NCBI GenBank assembly: GCA_029858425.1
Contig: JAOUFE010000002.1
Coordinates: 1 to 44,815 of the forward strand
Length of the DNA stretch: 44,815 nucleotides
Direction: 5' to 3'
Origin: Spirochaetia bacterium
GTDB taxonomy: Bacteria; Spirochaetota; Leptospiria; Turneriellales; JAOUFE01
Shown: positions 34,870 to 43,671 of the stretch, in pieces
Numbering within the stretch: position 1 is the stretch's first letter
Layout: the number at the start of each line of letters is the position of its first letter
Made by a program: the position numbers and the translations under genes
The notes under the pieces: model-generated
What the model was told of the DNA's origin: nothing
Databases searched by the model: none
What the model saw: only the letters and a program-made list of their open reading frames with translations

Positions 34870-35559
34870 ATGATGGTTTCGTTATTAAAAAAAATATTTC
34901 AAATTTTCATAGCGATTGCTATTTTTTCCCCCGGAGTTTTGTATAGCGATAATCATAATGGGTTGAAAACACTTGAGTTTAAGGTTTTTGGAAAAAAGGG
35001 ACAATCTATCCAGAAAATGACAATAAACAGGATAAAAACAGAAACATTTGTTCGTTATGTAGACAGTCTTGGTGAGAGTTCCGAAAATATTTTCAGCGAT
35101 GAATGGAAACCCTTGCAGATAAAATATTTTGATATCCAAAACAGGGAATATCTTTGGATAAAATTTGACTATCAAAACCGGAGAATAATATCTAAAGGAA
35201 GAATTAAAAAAAACTATGATCTTGAGGAGCCGGTGTATGACGGCAATGGCTCCATTTTCTATGTTTTTTCAAAAATACTGCCCCCAAAAGATAAAACCAT
35301 TACATTTCATGTATTTCAAGCGAAAGAAAAAAGAATTGTAAAAATGTATATGAAATATCTTAATCAGGAAAACATATACATTGGCGGGAAAATGGTACAA
35401 GCAAATGTATACGAAACCGGCCTGATAAACGGGTTTTTAAAATTTTTTTGGCCGTATAAATACCATTACTGGTTTTCAGTTGAAACGTCGGAATTGCTGC
35501 GATACGAAGGTCCAGTTGGGCATGAAAGCAGCGAAATCATTGAAAAGGAAATTTTATGA
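34870..35559 (+). CDS. Hypothetical secreted protein
   Basis: 229-aa ORF with a signal peptide ([18 protein letters not shown]) and beta-rich-looking sequence. Its stop overlaps the next gene's ATG (ATGA). Confidence 0.5.
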   Translation: MMVSLLKKIFQIFIAIAIFSPGVLYSDNHNGLKTLEFKVFGKKGQSIQKMTINRIKTETFVRYVDSLGESSENIFSDEWKPLQIKYFDIQNREYLWIKFDYQNRRIISKGRIKKNYDLEEPVYDGNGSIFYVFSKILPPKDKTITFHVFQAKEKRIVKMYMKYLNQENIYIGGKMVQANVYETGLINGFLKFFWPYKYHYWFSVETSELLRYEGPVGHESSEIIEKEIL

Positions 35560-36542
35560 GAATGCGAAAATTGGGAAAGCAGGGGCTTGAGGTGTCTGCA
35601 ATTGGGCTTGGCTGCATGGGAATGTCTGATTTTTATGGATCGCACAACGATTCGGAATCCATCCAGACTATTCACCGCGCCATTGATCTTGGAATAAATT
35701 TTCTGGATACGGCTGATATGTACGGAATTGGGAAAAATGAGGAACTTGTAGGTAAGGCCTTGCAGGGAAAACGCGACAGGATAATCCTTGCCACCAAGTT
35801 TGGAAACGTGCGCAGCAATACCGGAGAGTTTTTAGGAGTAAACGGCAAGCCTGAATATGTTCGAGCTGCATGCGAGGCAAGCTTAAAAAGGCTCGGGGTT
35901 GATGTAATTGATCTTTATTATCAGCATCGTGTAGATGCGCAAACGCCGATTGAAGAAACCGCAGGCGCAATGGCGGAGTTAGTCAAAGAAGGTAAGGTAA
36001 AATATATCGGTCTTTCTGAAGCATCGGCAGCGACCATAAAACGAGCGCATAAAATTCATCCGATAAGCGCTTTGCAAACAGAATATTCATTGTGGACCAG
36101 GGATGTGGAGAGCGAAATACTGCCCACGATCCGCGAGCTTGGAATTGGCTTTGTTTCCTACAGCCCTGTTGGCCGGGGTTTCCTGGCCGGTCGCTTTCAC
36201 AAAAAAGAAGATTTTGAAAGCGGAGATTATCGAGCAAGATCGCCTCGCTTTGACGATGCAAATCTCACAAAAAATCTGGAACTTCTGAAAAAAATTGAAC
36301 ACATGGCTTCGGCAAAAAAGTGTACACCGGCACAGTTGTCCATTGCATGGGTTCTTTCGCGCGGTCAGGATATAGTCCCTATTCCCGGCACAAAAAGGAT
36401 TCAATTTCTTGAAGAAAATTCACGCAGCATGGATATCAGTTTAACTCCGGAAGAAATAGAAACTCTCGATAAAATGTTCCCCCAGGGAATTGCAGCGGGG
36501 GATCGTTATCCGGAATCCGGGATGAAAACGGTAAACCGCTAA
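35556..36542 (+). CDS. Aldo/keto reductase family oxidoreductase
   Basis: [21 protein letters not shown]...[12 protein letters not shown]...NEELVGKAL...ILATKFG...DLYYQHRVD...IGLSE... is the classic AKR (YhdN/Tas-like) pattern. Confidence 0.85.
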   Translation: MRMRKLGKQGLEVSAIGLGCMGMSDFYGSHNDSESIQTIHRAIDLGINFLDTADMYGIGKNEELVGKALQGKRDRIILATKFGNVRSNTGEFLGVNGKPEYVRAACEASLKRLGVDVIDLYYQHRVDAQTPIEETAGAMAELVKEGKVKYIGLSEASAATIKRAHKIHPISALQTEYSLWTRDVESEILPTIRELGIGFVSYSPVGRGFLAGRFHKKEDFESGDYRARSPRFDDANLTKNLELLKKIEHMASAKKCTPAQLSIAWVLSRGQDIVPIPGTKRIQFLEENSRSMDISLTPEEIETLDKMFPQGIAAGDRYPESGMKTVNR

Positions 36543-36604
36543 AGAAAAAAGACTTTTCAGGCTATTGGCTAAATAAAGAATGCTTTCTCAATTGGAGATA
36601 TCAT

Positions 36605-37063
36605 ATGAATACATCAATAATGGAAAAATTGCACCTGGAACAGGTATCAAAACCCTTAAACGTTCACGTCGGGGATACCGTCAAGGTACATTATCGCATC
36701 AAAGAAGGTAATAAAGAGCGAATCCAGGCATACGAAGGAATTGTAATTGCCATTCGCAATCAAGGCGCTGGCAAGTCCATTGTTGTACGGCGTGTTAGTT
36801 ATGATGTAGGCGTTGAGAGAATTTTCCCCATTTATAGTCCGACCGTAGAAAAAATTGAAAAAGTAAGAAGCAGCAAAATCAGAAGATCAAAGCTCTACTT
36901 TCAGCGAAAACGAGCAGGAAAAGAAAGCCGTTTGACTGAAATTAAAAAATCAAAAAAAACAGACTCTGTGTTTGATAAAGCTGAGAAAAGAAGAAGCTCT
37001 GCGCCAAAAACAGAAATTGCTGCCGTTGAAGCACTGGCAACTGAAACTCCTGCTGCAAATTAA
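36605..37063 (+). CDS. rplS: 50S ribosomal protein L19 with a ~40-aa basic/Ala-rich C-terminal extension
   Basis: VGDTVKVHYRIKEGNKERIQAYEGIVIAIRNQGAGKSIVVRRVSYDVGVERIFPIYSPTVEKIEKVR..K.RRSKLYF is the canonical L19 core. GGAGA precedes the ATG. Confidence 0.9.
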   Translation: MNTSIMEKLHLEQVSKPLNVHVGDTVKVHYRIKEGNKERIQAYEGIVIAIRNQGAGKSIVVRRVSYDVGVERIFPIYSPTVEKIEKVRSSKIRRSKLYFQRKRAGKESRLTEIKKSKKTDSVFDKAEKRRSSAPKTEIAAVEALATETPAAN

Positions 37064-37123
37064 TTTTTCAGACGAAACAAACCCTTGCAAAAATACATTC
37101 CGGGAAAAACCGGATTTTAAATC

Positions 37124-37855
37124 GTGAAAGATGTTCAAAAACTGATTGAGGTAATTCCGGAGGAAAACAGAAAGAATACATTTATAATTGCCATGGATGA
37201 AGTGGGTCGGGGTTCTTTTTTTGGACCCGTTAGCATTGGCGGTGTCCTTTTTTCTCTAAATGAATTGCTTAATTCTGCAATATATCTTACAGATGATTGG
37301 CAAAAAGAAGTAAAAGATTCAAAAAAGCTCAAAGCGCCTGTAAGAAGCCGTCTTGCACTATTGATTGAAAAAAAATATCCTTCCCATGTCTCGCATGTTT
37401 CAGTCGGCTATATAAATCAATACAATATCAATCGAGCGATTCAGTATGGGGTTTATCGAACAGCCCGGAACCTGATTTCAGGTTTATCCCGGATAAATAA
37501 AGATTATTTTGTTCCGTTTATTTTACTGGATGGAAACTACCGCTTTCAGTATCCGGCTCTCCGCATGAAAGAAGAAATGCCCTCCATATATTCTATTGTA
37601 AAAGGTGATGATAAAGTATTTCATATTTCATGCGCTTCAATTATTGCCAAAGAAAAACGCGACGCAATGATACAAAAAAGCTCTTTAAAATACGTCGGTT
37701 ATGGTTTTGAGAAAAATGCAGGTTATGGAACTCTGGAACACAGGACTGCCATATCCAGTATGGGTCCCACAAGGTTGCATCGAAAAGAATATATCAGGAA
37801 CATCCCAAAGGACACAGATTTTTATTCGCCTGCATACTTGTCTTCAGACCATTGA
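37124..37855 (+). CDS. rnhB: Ribonuclease HII
   Basis: IAMDEVGRGSFFGPVSIGGV (DEVGRG motif), ...DSKKL..., ...SIIAKEKRD... It has a GTG start. Confidence 0.8.
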   Translation: MKDVQKLIEVIPEENRKNTFIIAMDEVGRGSFFGPVSIGGVLFSLNELLNSAIYLTDDWQKEVKDSKKLKAPVRSRLALLIEKKYPSHVSHVSVGYINQYNINRAIQYGVYRTARNLISGLSRINKDYFVPFILLDGNYRFQYPALRMKEEMPSIYSIVKGDDKVFHISCASIIAKEKRDAMIQKSSLKYVGYGFEKNAGYGTLEHRTAISSMGPTRLHRKEYIRNIPKDTDFYSPAYLSSDH

Positions 37856-38475
37856 CCTTTTTGAATAATTTTCCCTTGTTTATCATACATAATTCCGGTT
37901 CCCTGACGTTTGGAGTTGCGAAATTGTCCTTTATAGTATGCCCCATTGCCGTACTTTCTCATTCCAGAAATCATATTGTCATCTTTAAATTCTCCGCTAA
38001 CAATGAGTTCATCCGAAAAAGTTATGGTTCCATTCCCGTCTCTTTTTCCATCTTTCCATTCGCCTTCGTACTTGCTGCCATCTACATATACCATTACACC
38101 GTTGCCGTACATTCTATCTTCTTTCCAACCGCCTTCGTATTTTTGCCCACTGGAAAAAGCCATAACTCCTTTACCGTCTCTCGTTCCCTTATGAAAATCT
38201 CCTTCATAAAGCGCGCCAGTTGAGTCTGCATACTGAAGTTTCCCTTTTCCATCGAATCTGCCAAGAGAAAAATTTCCCTCGTATTTTGATCCGTCTGAAA
38301 AAATAAAGACTCCCTTTCCATTTTCACAGCCGCCTTCCTGGCAGGCTCCCTTTGGGACGTCCAGAGATGATAAATTCAGATAAACCTTTTTCTTTACATA
38401 GGAAAGAACAGTTACATGTAAAGCAATGATAAACACGGGAATTAAAGCTAACATTATTTTTTTTCTCATAAACAA
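37822..38475 (-). CDS. MORN-repeat protein with an N-terminal membrane anchor/signal
   Basis: It has about seven tandem Y.G.(W/F).(D/N)G...G.G repeats (e.g. YEGEWKDGKRDGNGTITF, YEGGWKEDRMYGNGVMVY). Its 3' end overlaps the convergent rnhB gene by 34 nt. Confidence 0.8.
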   Translation of the reverse strand: MFMRKKIMLALIPVFIIALHVTVLSYVKKKVYLNLSSLDVPKGACQEGGCENGKGVFIFSDGSKYEGNFSLGRFDGKGKLQYADSTGALYEGDFHKGTRDGKGVMAFSSGQKYEGGWKEDRMYGNGVMVYVDGSKYEGEWKDGKRDGNGTITFSDELIVSGEFKDDNMISGMRKYGNGAYYKGQFRNSKRQGTGIMYDKQGKIIQKGQWSEDKYAGE

Positions 38476-38543
38476 CCTTTGTAACTGGAAATTCTATAGT
38501 CATTTCAAGTGAATTACACAAATTAGAAACTGTTTTTTATAAA

Positions 38544-39533
38544 TCACCAGATATCGATAACCTCTTTTAGTGGGTCCGCTCCTGCAATCTTTTTTTGATC
38601 AACCAGCCATTCATAGGAAAAAACCTGGTTTCTTCCATGTTCTTTTCCATAATACAATGCCTGGTCGGCTTTTTTTAGAGTATAAAATATATTTAGTGGA
38701 TAATCAATTGCAGTATAACCTATGCTTATGGTGAGTGTTTGTATCTGTGGAAATGATGAATTCTGGATGGTTGTTCGGAGGCGTTCGGCAGCATGAAAAA
38801 CATTTCTATGGGTAGCTTCCAGGGTTAGAATAACAAACTCTTCTCCGCCTATTCTAAAAATCGTATCCTGTGCGCGAATGTTTTCTTTCAGGATTCTGGA
38901 AAACAAGATGAGAACTTCATCTCCAATCATGTGGCCAAAACTATCATTAATTTTTTTAAAAAAATCAATATCTACAAGAATCAGAAAATCCTGTTTCCCG
39001 TAATCGTAGTTCGGATCTTGCAATGTGTTGACTTTTCGATCAAAGGCCCGCCGATTATAAAGGTTTGTTAAAAAATCCCTCTCGTTAGATCGTATTGCGT
39101 AGTAAAAATTAATGAATATATTAAAAAATACAGGGGTAACCGGATCCGGATGTTCGATTATTTCGTTAATCTGGATTTTAATTATATATTGCATTTCTCT
39201 TTCAAAACTTAAAGGAAAAATATAAGTGGTCATATGCCCTGTTTTTGAAATATCGGATATTCCACTCGAAAAGCATTCATTTAGGTCGGGATGATCAAGC
39301 AACAATTCCTCGGCGGAATTTTTTTCGAACATATTTATCAGGGTGATGATTGCATGTTTGTTTTTTTGATGCGGGAATTTTCTTTTAAAATTTACCTTAT
39401 AGTAATATAATTTAATATCCGGAAATATTTCGGCCAAAACTTTTGAAGACTCCCTGAAAAGGCTGATTTCATCTTCGCTCTTGCTTAATATTTCAAGAGC
39501 CTTCCATAACTCTAACCATTTGATTTTATCCAT
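38544..39533 (-). CDS. Diguanylate cyclase (GGDEF domain) with an uncharacterised N-terminal domain
   Basis: DFLTNLYNRRAF..., ILVDIDFFKKINDSFGHMIGDEVL..., RIGGEEFVIL (GGEEF active site), ADQALYYGKEHGRNQV. Confidence 0.8.
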   Translation of the reverse strand: MDKIKWLELWKALEILSKSEDEISLFRESSKVLAEIFPDIKLYYYKVNFKRKFPHQKNKHAIITLINMFEKNSAEELLLDHPDLNECFSSGISDISKTGHMTTYIFPLSFEREMQYIIKIQINEIIEHPDPVTPVFFNIFINFYYAIRSNERDFLTNLYNRRAFDRKVNTLQDPNYDYGKQDFLILVDIDFFKKINDSFGHMIGDEVLILFSRILKENIRAQDTIFRIGGEEFVILTLEATHRNVFHAAERLRTTIQNSSFPQIQTLTISIGYTAIDYPLNIFYTLKKADQALYYGKEHGRNQVFSYEWLVDQKKIAGADPLKEVIDIW

Positions 39534-39663
39534 AATTATTGTTCAAAGTATCGTCCCTTCATCGAGACAAGAGCAATAAATTTTTATCCTTTGGCATCAC
39601 CGTTCTATTAATAATATTTTCCTTTCACTCAATTTATAGTAAAATAGGCCTATCGGGGAAAAA

Positions 39664-40035
39664 ATGAATTTATTTGAGGGAATGACCTTTATGTATAGAA
39701 GACTCATATCCAGAGATGATATTCTTGAATTTGCCAGAATCAGCGGCGACCATGGAATACATCATACCGACCAAAGCCAGAAGCTGTTGGCTCATGGTCT
39801 ATTAATCGCTACACTACCAACAAAACTGGGCGGCGATTTAAACTTTATTGCAAGAGAGATAAGTTTTGAGTTTCTAAAAGGAGTTTATGAAGGGGAAACG
39901 ATAACCTGTATCGGAAAAATTGAAAAACTCATGGAACAAGACACCAGATTCAAGGCAGAACTCTTATTCTCCTGCAGCAATGAAAACGGCGAAATTGTTT
40001 TAAAAGGAAAAACAAAAGGGATGATCTGGAAATAA
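39664..40035 (+). CDS. MaoC-like/hotdog-fold dehydratase-family small protein
   Basis: FARISGDHGIHHTD resembles the MaoC-type (S)GD.NP.H.D motif. The size (123 aa) fits a single hotdog fold. Confidence 0.5.
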   Translation: MNLFEGMTFMYRRLISRDDILEFARISGDHGIHHTDQSQKLLAHGLLIATLPTKLGGDLNFIAREISFEFLKGVYEGETITCIGKIEKLMEQDTRFKAELLFSCSNENGEIVLKGKTKGMIWK

Positions 40036-40048
40036 AAAATGCTTCTTA

Positions 40049-40184
40049 CCCAAGCTCAATAGCGCCCCCAGAACTTCGGTATTCACGTCAGAATGCAGTA
40101 AAATGCGTGGTTTTGGGGCGCGAAGCGCCCCAAAACCACGCTAATTTAAATCATTCTGGTTGAATCTTGAGCTTCATGCCCAGG
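40049..40184. repeat. Palindromic intergenic repeat, copy H (full length)
   Basis: The hairpin GCGTGGTTTTGGGGCGC-GAA-GCGCCCCAAAACCACGC (40105-40141) is identical to copy D's. The arms are GAACTTCGGTATTCACGTCAGAATGCAGTAAAAT and TAATTTAAATCATTCTGGTTGAATCTTGAGCTTCATGCCCAGG. Confidence 0.9.
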
Positions 40185-40280
40185 CACAAGAATTATACTC
40201 TTTTCTGACATTCGACGAAAAATATTCTTTTCATTTTGAGCAGATCGAAAATTTTATCGTTGAATTCACAAGGAGAAAAT

Positions 40281-40670
40281 ATGCCAAAAGTAAACAGATA
40301 TGTAGATATCAGCACAGTAGACCGGGAAGCGAAAAAAGATTATATTGACCGTCATTCCCCGTTTATACATTGCGCTGGAAGCGCAAAAGCCGGTGAGAAG
40401 TTTCAAGTTAGCGTCAAAGTAGGTAAGGAATATACTCATCCGGACGATCCAGATCATTTTATAGAATCGGTAAAACTCTATAATGGGGAATCTATTCTCG
40501 GAGAAGCCCGTTTTTTATCAGGAACCCTCGGAGGATTGGGAGCAAAATCCCAGGCAGAAGTTACTTTTAATTTAGTCCCGTCGTCGGGGAAATTACATTT
40601 AACGGCCGTCGCATACTGCACCAAGCATGGCTTATGGGAATCTGATCCTGTTGAAGTTGCCGTAGCATAA
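40281..40670 (+). CDS. Superoxide reductase (desulfoferrodoxin/neelaredoxin-type Fe-binding domain)
   Basis: Candidate ligand motifs are RHSPFI (E/K-H-x-P type), HPDDPDHFIESV (H...H) and YCTKHGLWES (C..H). AGGAG (40271-40275) precedes the ATG at 40281. The track start at 40236 is upstream of the RBS. Confidence 0.75.
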   Translation: MPKVNRYVDISTVDREAKKDYIDRHSPFIHCAGSAKAGEKFQVSVKVGKEYTHPDDPDHFIESVKLYNGESILGEARFLSGTLGGLGAKSQAEVTFNLVPSSGKLHLTAVAYCTKHGLWESDPVEVAVA

Positions 40671-40724
40671 GACTAAATTACTTGACAGACCATTTTTAAG
40701 ACTCTGTTTGTCCAAGCACGAAAT

Positions 40725-40797
40725 GCTGCCATAGCTCAACTGGTAGAGCAGCTGCCTTGTAAGCAGCAGGTTGGGGGTTCAATTCCCTCTGGCAGCT
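40725..40797 (+). tRNA. tRNA-Thr (anticodon TGT); CCA not encoded
   Basis: Acceptor GCTGCCA/TGGCAGC, D arm GCTC-AACTGGTA-GAGC, anticodon arm GCTGC-CTTGTAA-GCAGC, T arm GGGGG-TTCAATT-CCCTC. Confidence 0.9.
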
Positions 40798-40803
40798 AAG
40801 GAA

Positions 40804-40886
40804 GGGCAGGTACCCGAGTGGCCAAAGGGGACAGACTGTAAATCTGTTGGCTAGCGCCTACGAAGGTTCGAATCCTTCCCTGCCCA
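40804..40886 (+). tRNA. tRNA-Tyr (anticodon GTA), class II with a long variable arm; CCA not encoded
   Basis: Acceptor GGGCAGG/CCTGCCC, anticodon arm ACAGA-CTGTAAA-TCTGT, long variable arm, T arm GAAGG-TTCGAAT-CCTTC. Confidence 0.9.
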
Positions 40887-41016
40887 CATTCCAGGCAAAC
40901 GCCAAACCAATGAGTGAGGAGATTAAACAATAGAATAAATGGAGAGAATTTTGAGAAGGCGCACAAATGTGTTTTTTTAAAATTAGCTCCGGTTATCTAT
41001 TTGTCCAATAACAGCG

Positions 41017-41991
41017 ATGGATTCTCCGATGGAAGGGATCCGTGACGAGCTTTTATCCGGGAATTTTTTTGAAGCCGGAAAAAAGTCCAAACTATGGCTG
41101 CAATCCTTTTCTTATTCCGAAAAAAAAAGCCCCCAATATAAAAAGGCAGCCGAAGCATTTGTGTATTCACAATATTTTCTTCACCGCCAGGATCGTATTT
41201 TTAGAATGCAAACCGACGATCAAAGAGCCCGGTATTATCTGGAGTTGTTGAAGGAATTAAATCAAATTAGAGCCGAAAACGGATTTGAAAAAGCTGACAA
41301 TCCTGTCTGGAATAGCGTCGATCTGTATCTGCATGCGAGAATAGCTGAAAATTATGCAAGGGCATTTGCCGGTCAAAAGTCGTATAATCTGGATCAAGAT
41401 GAGATAATTCAGTTTTCCGTATCGCTGCTGGTTCTGGAGAAATGGAATGCGGCCATTGAAGCCCTTGATTTTTTGCTTCGCTTGAACCGCCACAGTCCTG
41501 TCATCAACTATCTAATGTCATATGCGTATGATAAATCCGGACAAAAGATAAAGTCTCATTTTCATTTGCGAGAAGCGCTTTTTTTCAAACCCGATGTTAT
41601 TTCACAATATCCTGAATTTTTGACGGGAGATATTTTTGAAAAAATATGGCATTCATCATATAATGAAGAAGGTGCGGATGCGGCAGGAAAATCTCGTTAC
41701 AGCGAATTTTCCCTTCTTTTGGAAATTAATGGAGTTTATAAGAGCAATCTGGATATTTCTGAAAAAGAGCTTTTGAATATCGAGAGAAATTTTTTAGATA
41801 AATATTCTCTTTATGAAAAGGATAAAAAAAATTCAAAAACTGATATTTCCGAATTATTGCGGTATTTATGCTGGCTAATTTCATCATATCAGAGCCTTGC
41901 TGTTTACGACAAGGTAGAATTTTATCGTAAAAAAATGATCGATATTAGCCCGGAAACCTGGGAAACTTTTCATAGTAAAAGAATTCAATAA
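41017..41991 (+). CDS. Hypothetical helical protein
   Basis: 324-aa ORF with helical/TPR-like character. I recognise no signal peptide and no motif. Confidence 0.45.
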   Translation: MDSPMEGIRDELLSGNFFEAGKKSKLWLQSFSYSEKKSPQYKKAAEAFVYSQYFLHRQDRIFRMQTDDQRARYYLELLKELNQIRAENGFEKADNPVWNSVDLYLHARIAENYARAFAGQKSYNLDQDEIIQFSVSLLVLEKWNAAIEALDFLLRLNRHSPVINYLMSYAYDKSGQKIKSHFHLREALFFKPDVISQYPEFLTGDIFEKIWHSSYNEEGADAAGKSRYSEFSLLLEINGVYKSNLDISEKELLNIERNFLDKYSLYEKDKKNSKTDISELLRYLCWLISSYQSLAVYDKVEFYRKKMIDISPETWETFHSKRIQ

Positions 41992-42020
41992 TCACTTGCT
42001 TGCAAAAGCCCACCGAACCT

Positions 42021-42138
42021 GGCAGGAACGCGAAATTCCGTCCGAATGATTTTGAGTGAAGCAGTTTTGTGGCGATTCGCGCCCCAAAACTGCGCATGTT
42101 TCCGCATTCTCACGTGCATACCAAAGTTCATGCTTGGG
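42021..42138. repeat. Palindromic intergenic repeat, copy I (diverged full-length)
   Basis: The order is GGCAGGAACGCGAAATTCCGTCCGAATGATTTTGAGTGAA, then imperfect hairpin GCAGTTTTGTGGCG-ATTC-GCGCCCCAAAACTGC (42061-42093), then GCATGTTTCCGCATTCTCACGTGCATACCAAAGTTCATGCTTGGG. Confidence 0.7.
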
Positions 42139-42214
42139 CGCCGCCCTGACTTTTTTGCGATTGAGCCAGAAAGAAACTTGCTAATTTTTTTTGTTTTTTT
42201 TCCGAGAATAAACC

Positions 42215-42961
42215 ATGGAATTTCGTCCGCCCGGTTTACTATATGCGGGATTATTTTTTATTTTACTTTGCATTTTTCCTCTTTCCGGGATAAATGCGGC
42301 GCCGCAACTCAAGACTATTGATACTCCTACTGCCGCCACTCTTGCCAAAGGAGGGTACAGTATTGGCATCTGGGGTTACGATAACGGAGGAATTTTTACC
42401 CGCGCCTTGATGGGCATCCACGATAGTATTTTCCTTGGAGTCTCTTTTGATACTCAAAATCTCATTGGATCTGGAGCTCCTGTATTTAATATTCCTGGAG
42501 TTATCGGCAGAATAAAAATTACAGACGGGTTTGATGACTTTCCCCTGCTAATTGCGGTTGGATATGATGCATTTTATGGTAATGATTCAGCATCAAGTTT
42601 GCGTCAGTCCTGGACGTCGCTGAGAATGATTTACGGACCATACGTTGTTTTTACAAAACCATTATTCCTTTTAAAACATGAACAATCTTTTAATTTAGGA
42701 TTGAGAACACCTATACAGCCTGTGGCAAGGCCGGAGGATACATCGCTCTTTCTGTCTCTCAACTTTCCGATTGGCCAGTTTATCCCCATGTTTGAAATCG
42801 AAAGAATATTTTTTTCAGTAGCTCGCTTTAATGAGATACTCTTTAATATTGGTTTTAGGTACGAACTTTATGATGATTTCGCCATTGAATTAAACCTGTT
42901 AATGACTTTCAACCAACCCGCCTCTCGTGTTTTGACCTTTGAATATGTAGGCGCTTTTTAA
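42215..42961 (+). CDS. Probable small outer-membrane beta-barrel protein
   Basis: It has a signal peptide (LFFILLCIFPLSGINAAP), alternating aromatic/small residues, and a C-terminal ...FEYVGAF (terminal Phe). Confidence 0.5.
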   Translation: MEFRPPGLLYAGLFFILLCIFPLSGINAAPQLKTIDTPTAATLAKGGYSIGIWGYDNGGIFTRALMGIHDSIFLGVSFDTQNLIGSGAPVFNIPGVIGRIKITDGFDDFPLLIAVGYDAFYGNDSASSLRQSWTSLRMIYGPYVVFTKPLFLLKHEQSFNLGLRTPIQPVARPEDTSLFLSLNFPIGQFIPMFEIERIFFSVARFNEILFNIGFRYELYDDFAIELNLLMTFNQPASRVLTFEYVGAF

Positions 42962-42963
42962 GC

Positions 42964-43671
42964 TTAGTCCCCTTTTTTCGCAAAAAAACCAAGCGGTAAG
43001 AATATTTTGGCTATTGTATGCCCATCTTGCCTGATAACGTCAAAATCGTTGACGCTAAGATTCATGTTTTTCAACATTACTGTAATTAACGGAACTCCAA
43101 GTCCCGCTCCTTCTTGTTGTTTGTCTCCCGAATCACCATCACCATCACCATCAAATATGTAGCCCATATTTGAAACTTTTCGGGATTGATCAATGCTTTT
43201 TTGCAGTCTTACCCATTCCACATCCGATGGAACTCCATCATTGATTATTTCAATCAAAAGCCCGTTATCCATTGGTTTCATTACAAATTTTACAAACAGG
43301 TTTTTTTGCCTGCACAGGTTTGCAAAATTCTCAGCCATATGAGTTTCAATTTCCGTTTTAAAAATAGACAGCCAGTTTTCATAAGGCAAATCAGAAAAAC
43401 CCATTTCTGCCAAAAAAAAGTCCAGATAAATTCTCTTGTAAGTCGCTTTCAGGGAATTGGTTAGCAATTCCCTGACAATTAAATAAATTGGGCCGCTTAA
43501 ATCAGAGCGATTTAATTTTCCCAGAACCTCTCTTAGCTTGATTAAAAGTTGTTTTTCATCGCCGCTATACAAATCATAGAAGTCAAATTCAATGGCAAGT
43601 TCTTCGGGATTAATGGAAAATAACTTTTTCCAGGGATTTATCTCCCCTCTATGCATTACAGAAAAACTCAT
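42964..43671 (-). CDS. GHKL (histidine-kinase-like) ATPase-domain protein without a recognisable HisKA/sensor domain
   Basis: N-box-like IVRELLTNSLKA, G1-like IINDGVP, an acidic lid DGDGDGDSGDKQQE, and G2-like GAGLGVPLI. It has a 4-nt overlap with the upstream HDOD gene. Confidence 0.5.
   Translation of the reverse strand: MSFSVMHRGEINPWKKLFSINPEELAIEFDFYDLYSGDEKQLLIKLREVLGKLNRSDLSGPIYLIVRELLTNSLKATYKRIYLDFFLAEMGFSDLPYENWLSIFKTEIETHMAENFANLCRQKNLFVKFVMKPMDNGLLIEIINDGVPSDVEWVRLQKSIDQSRKVSNMGYIFDGDGDGDSGDKQQEGAGLGVPLITVMLKNMNLSVNDFDVIRQDGHTIAKIFLPLGFFAKKGD

Noticed and set aside
5797-42138. Whether the dispersed repeats could be a CRISPR array.
   Set aside because: The copies are 45-240 bp long, internally palindromic with arms, and kilobases apart with genes in between. 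They are in mixed completeness, and no cas genes are present.
42046-42369. ORFs 42046-42321 (+) and 42181-42369 (-) near repeat copy I.
   Set aside because: The first is translated from the palindromic repeat and the leader of the next gene. The second is antisense to the signal-peptide region of the 42215-42961 gene. Neither has protein-like features.
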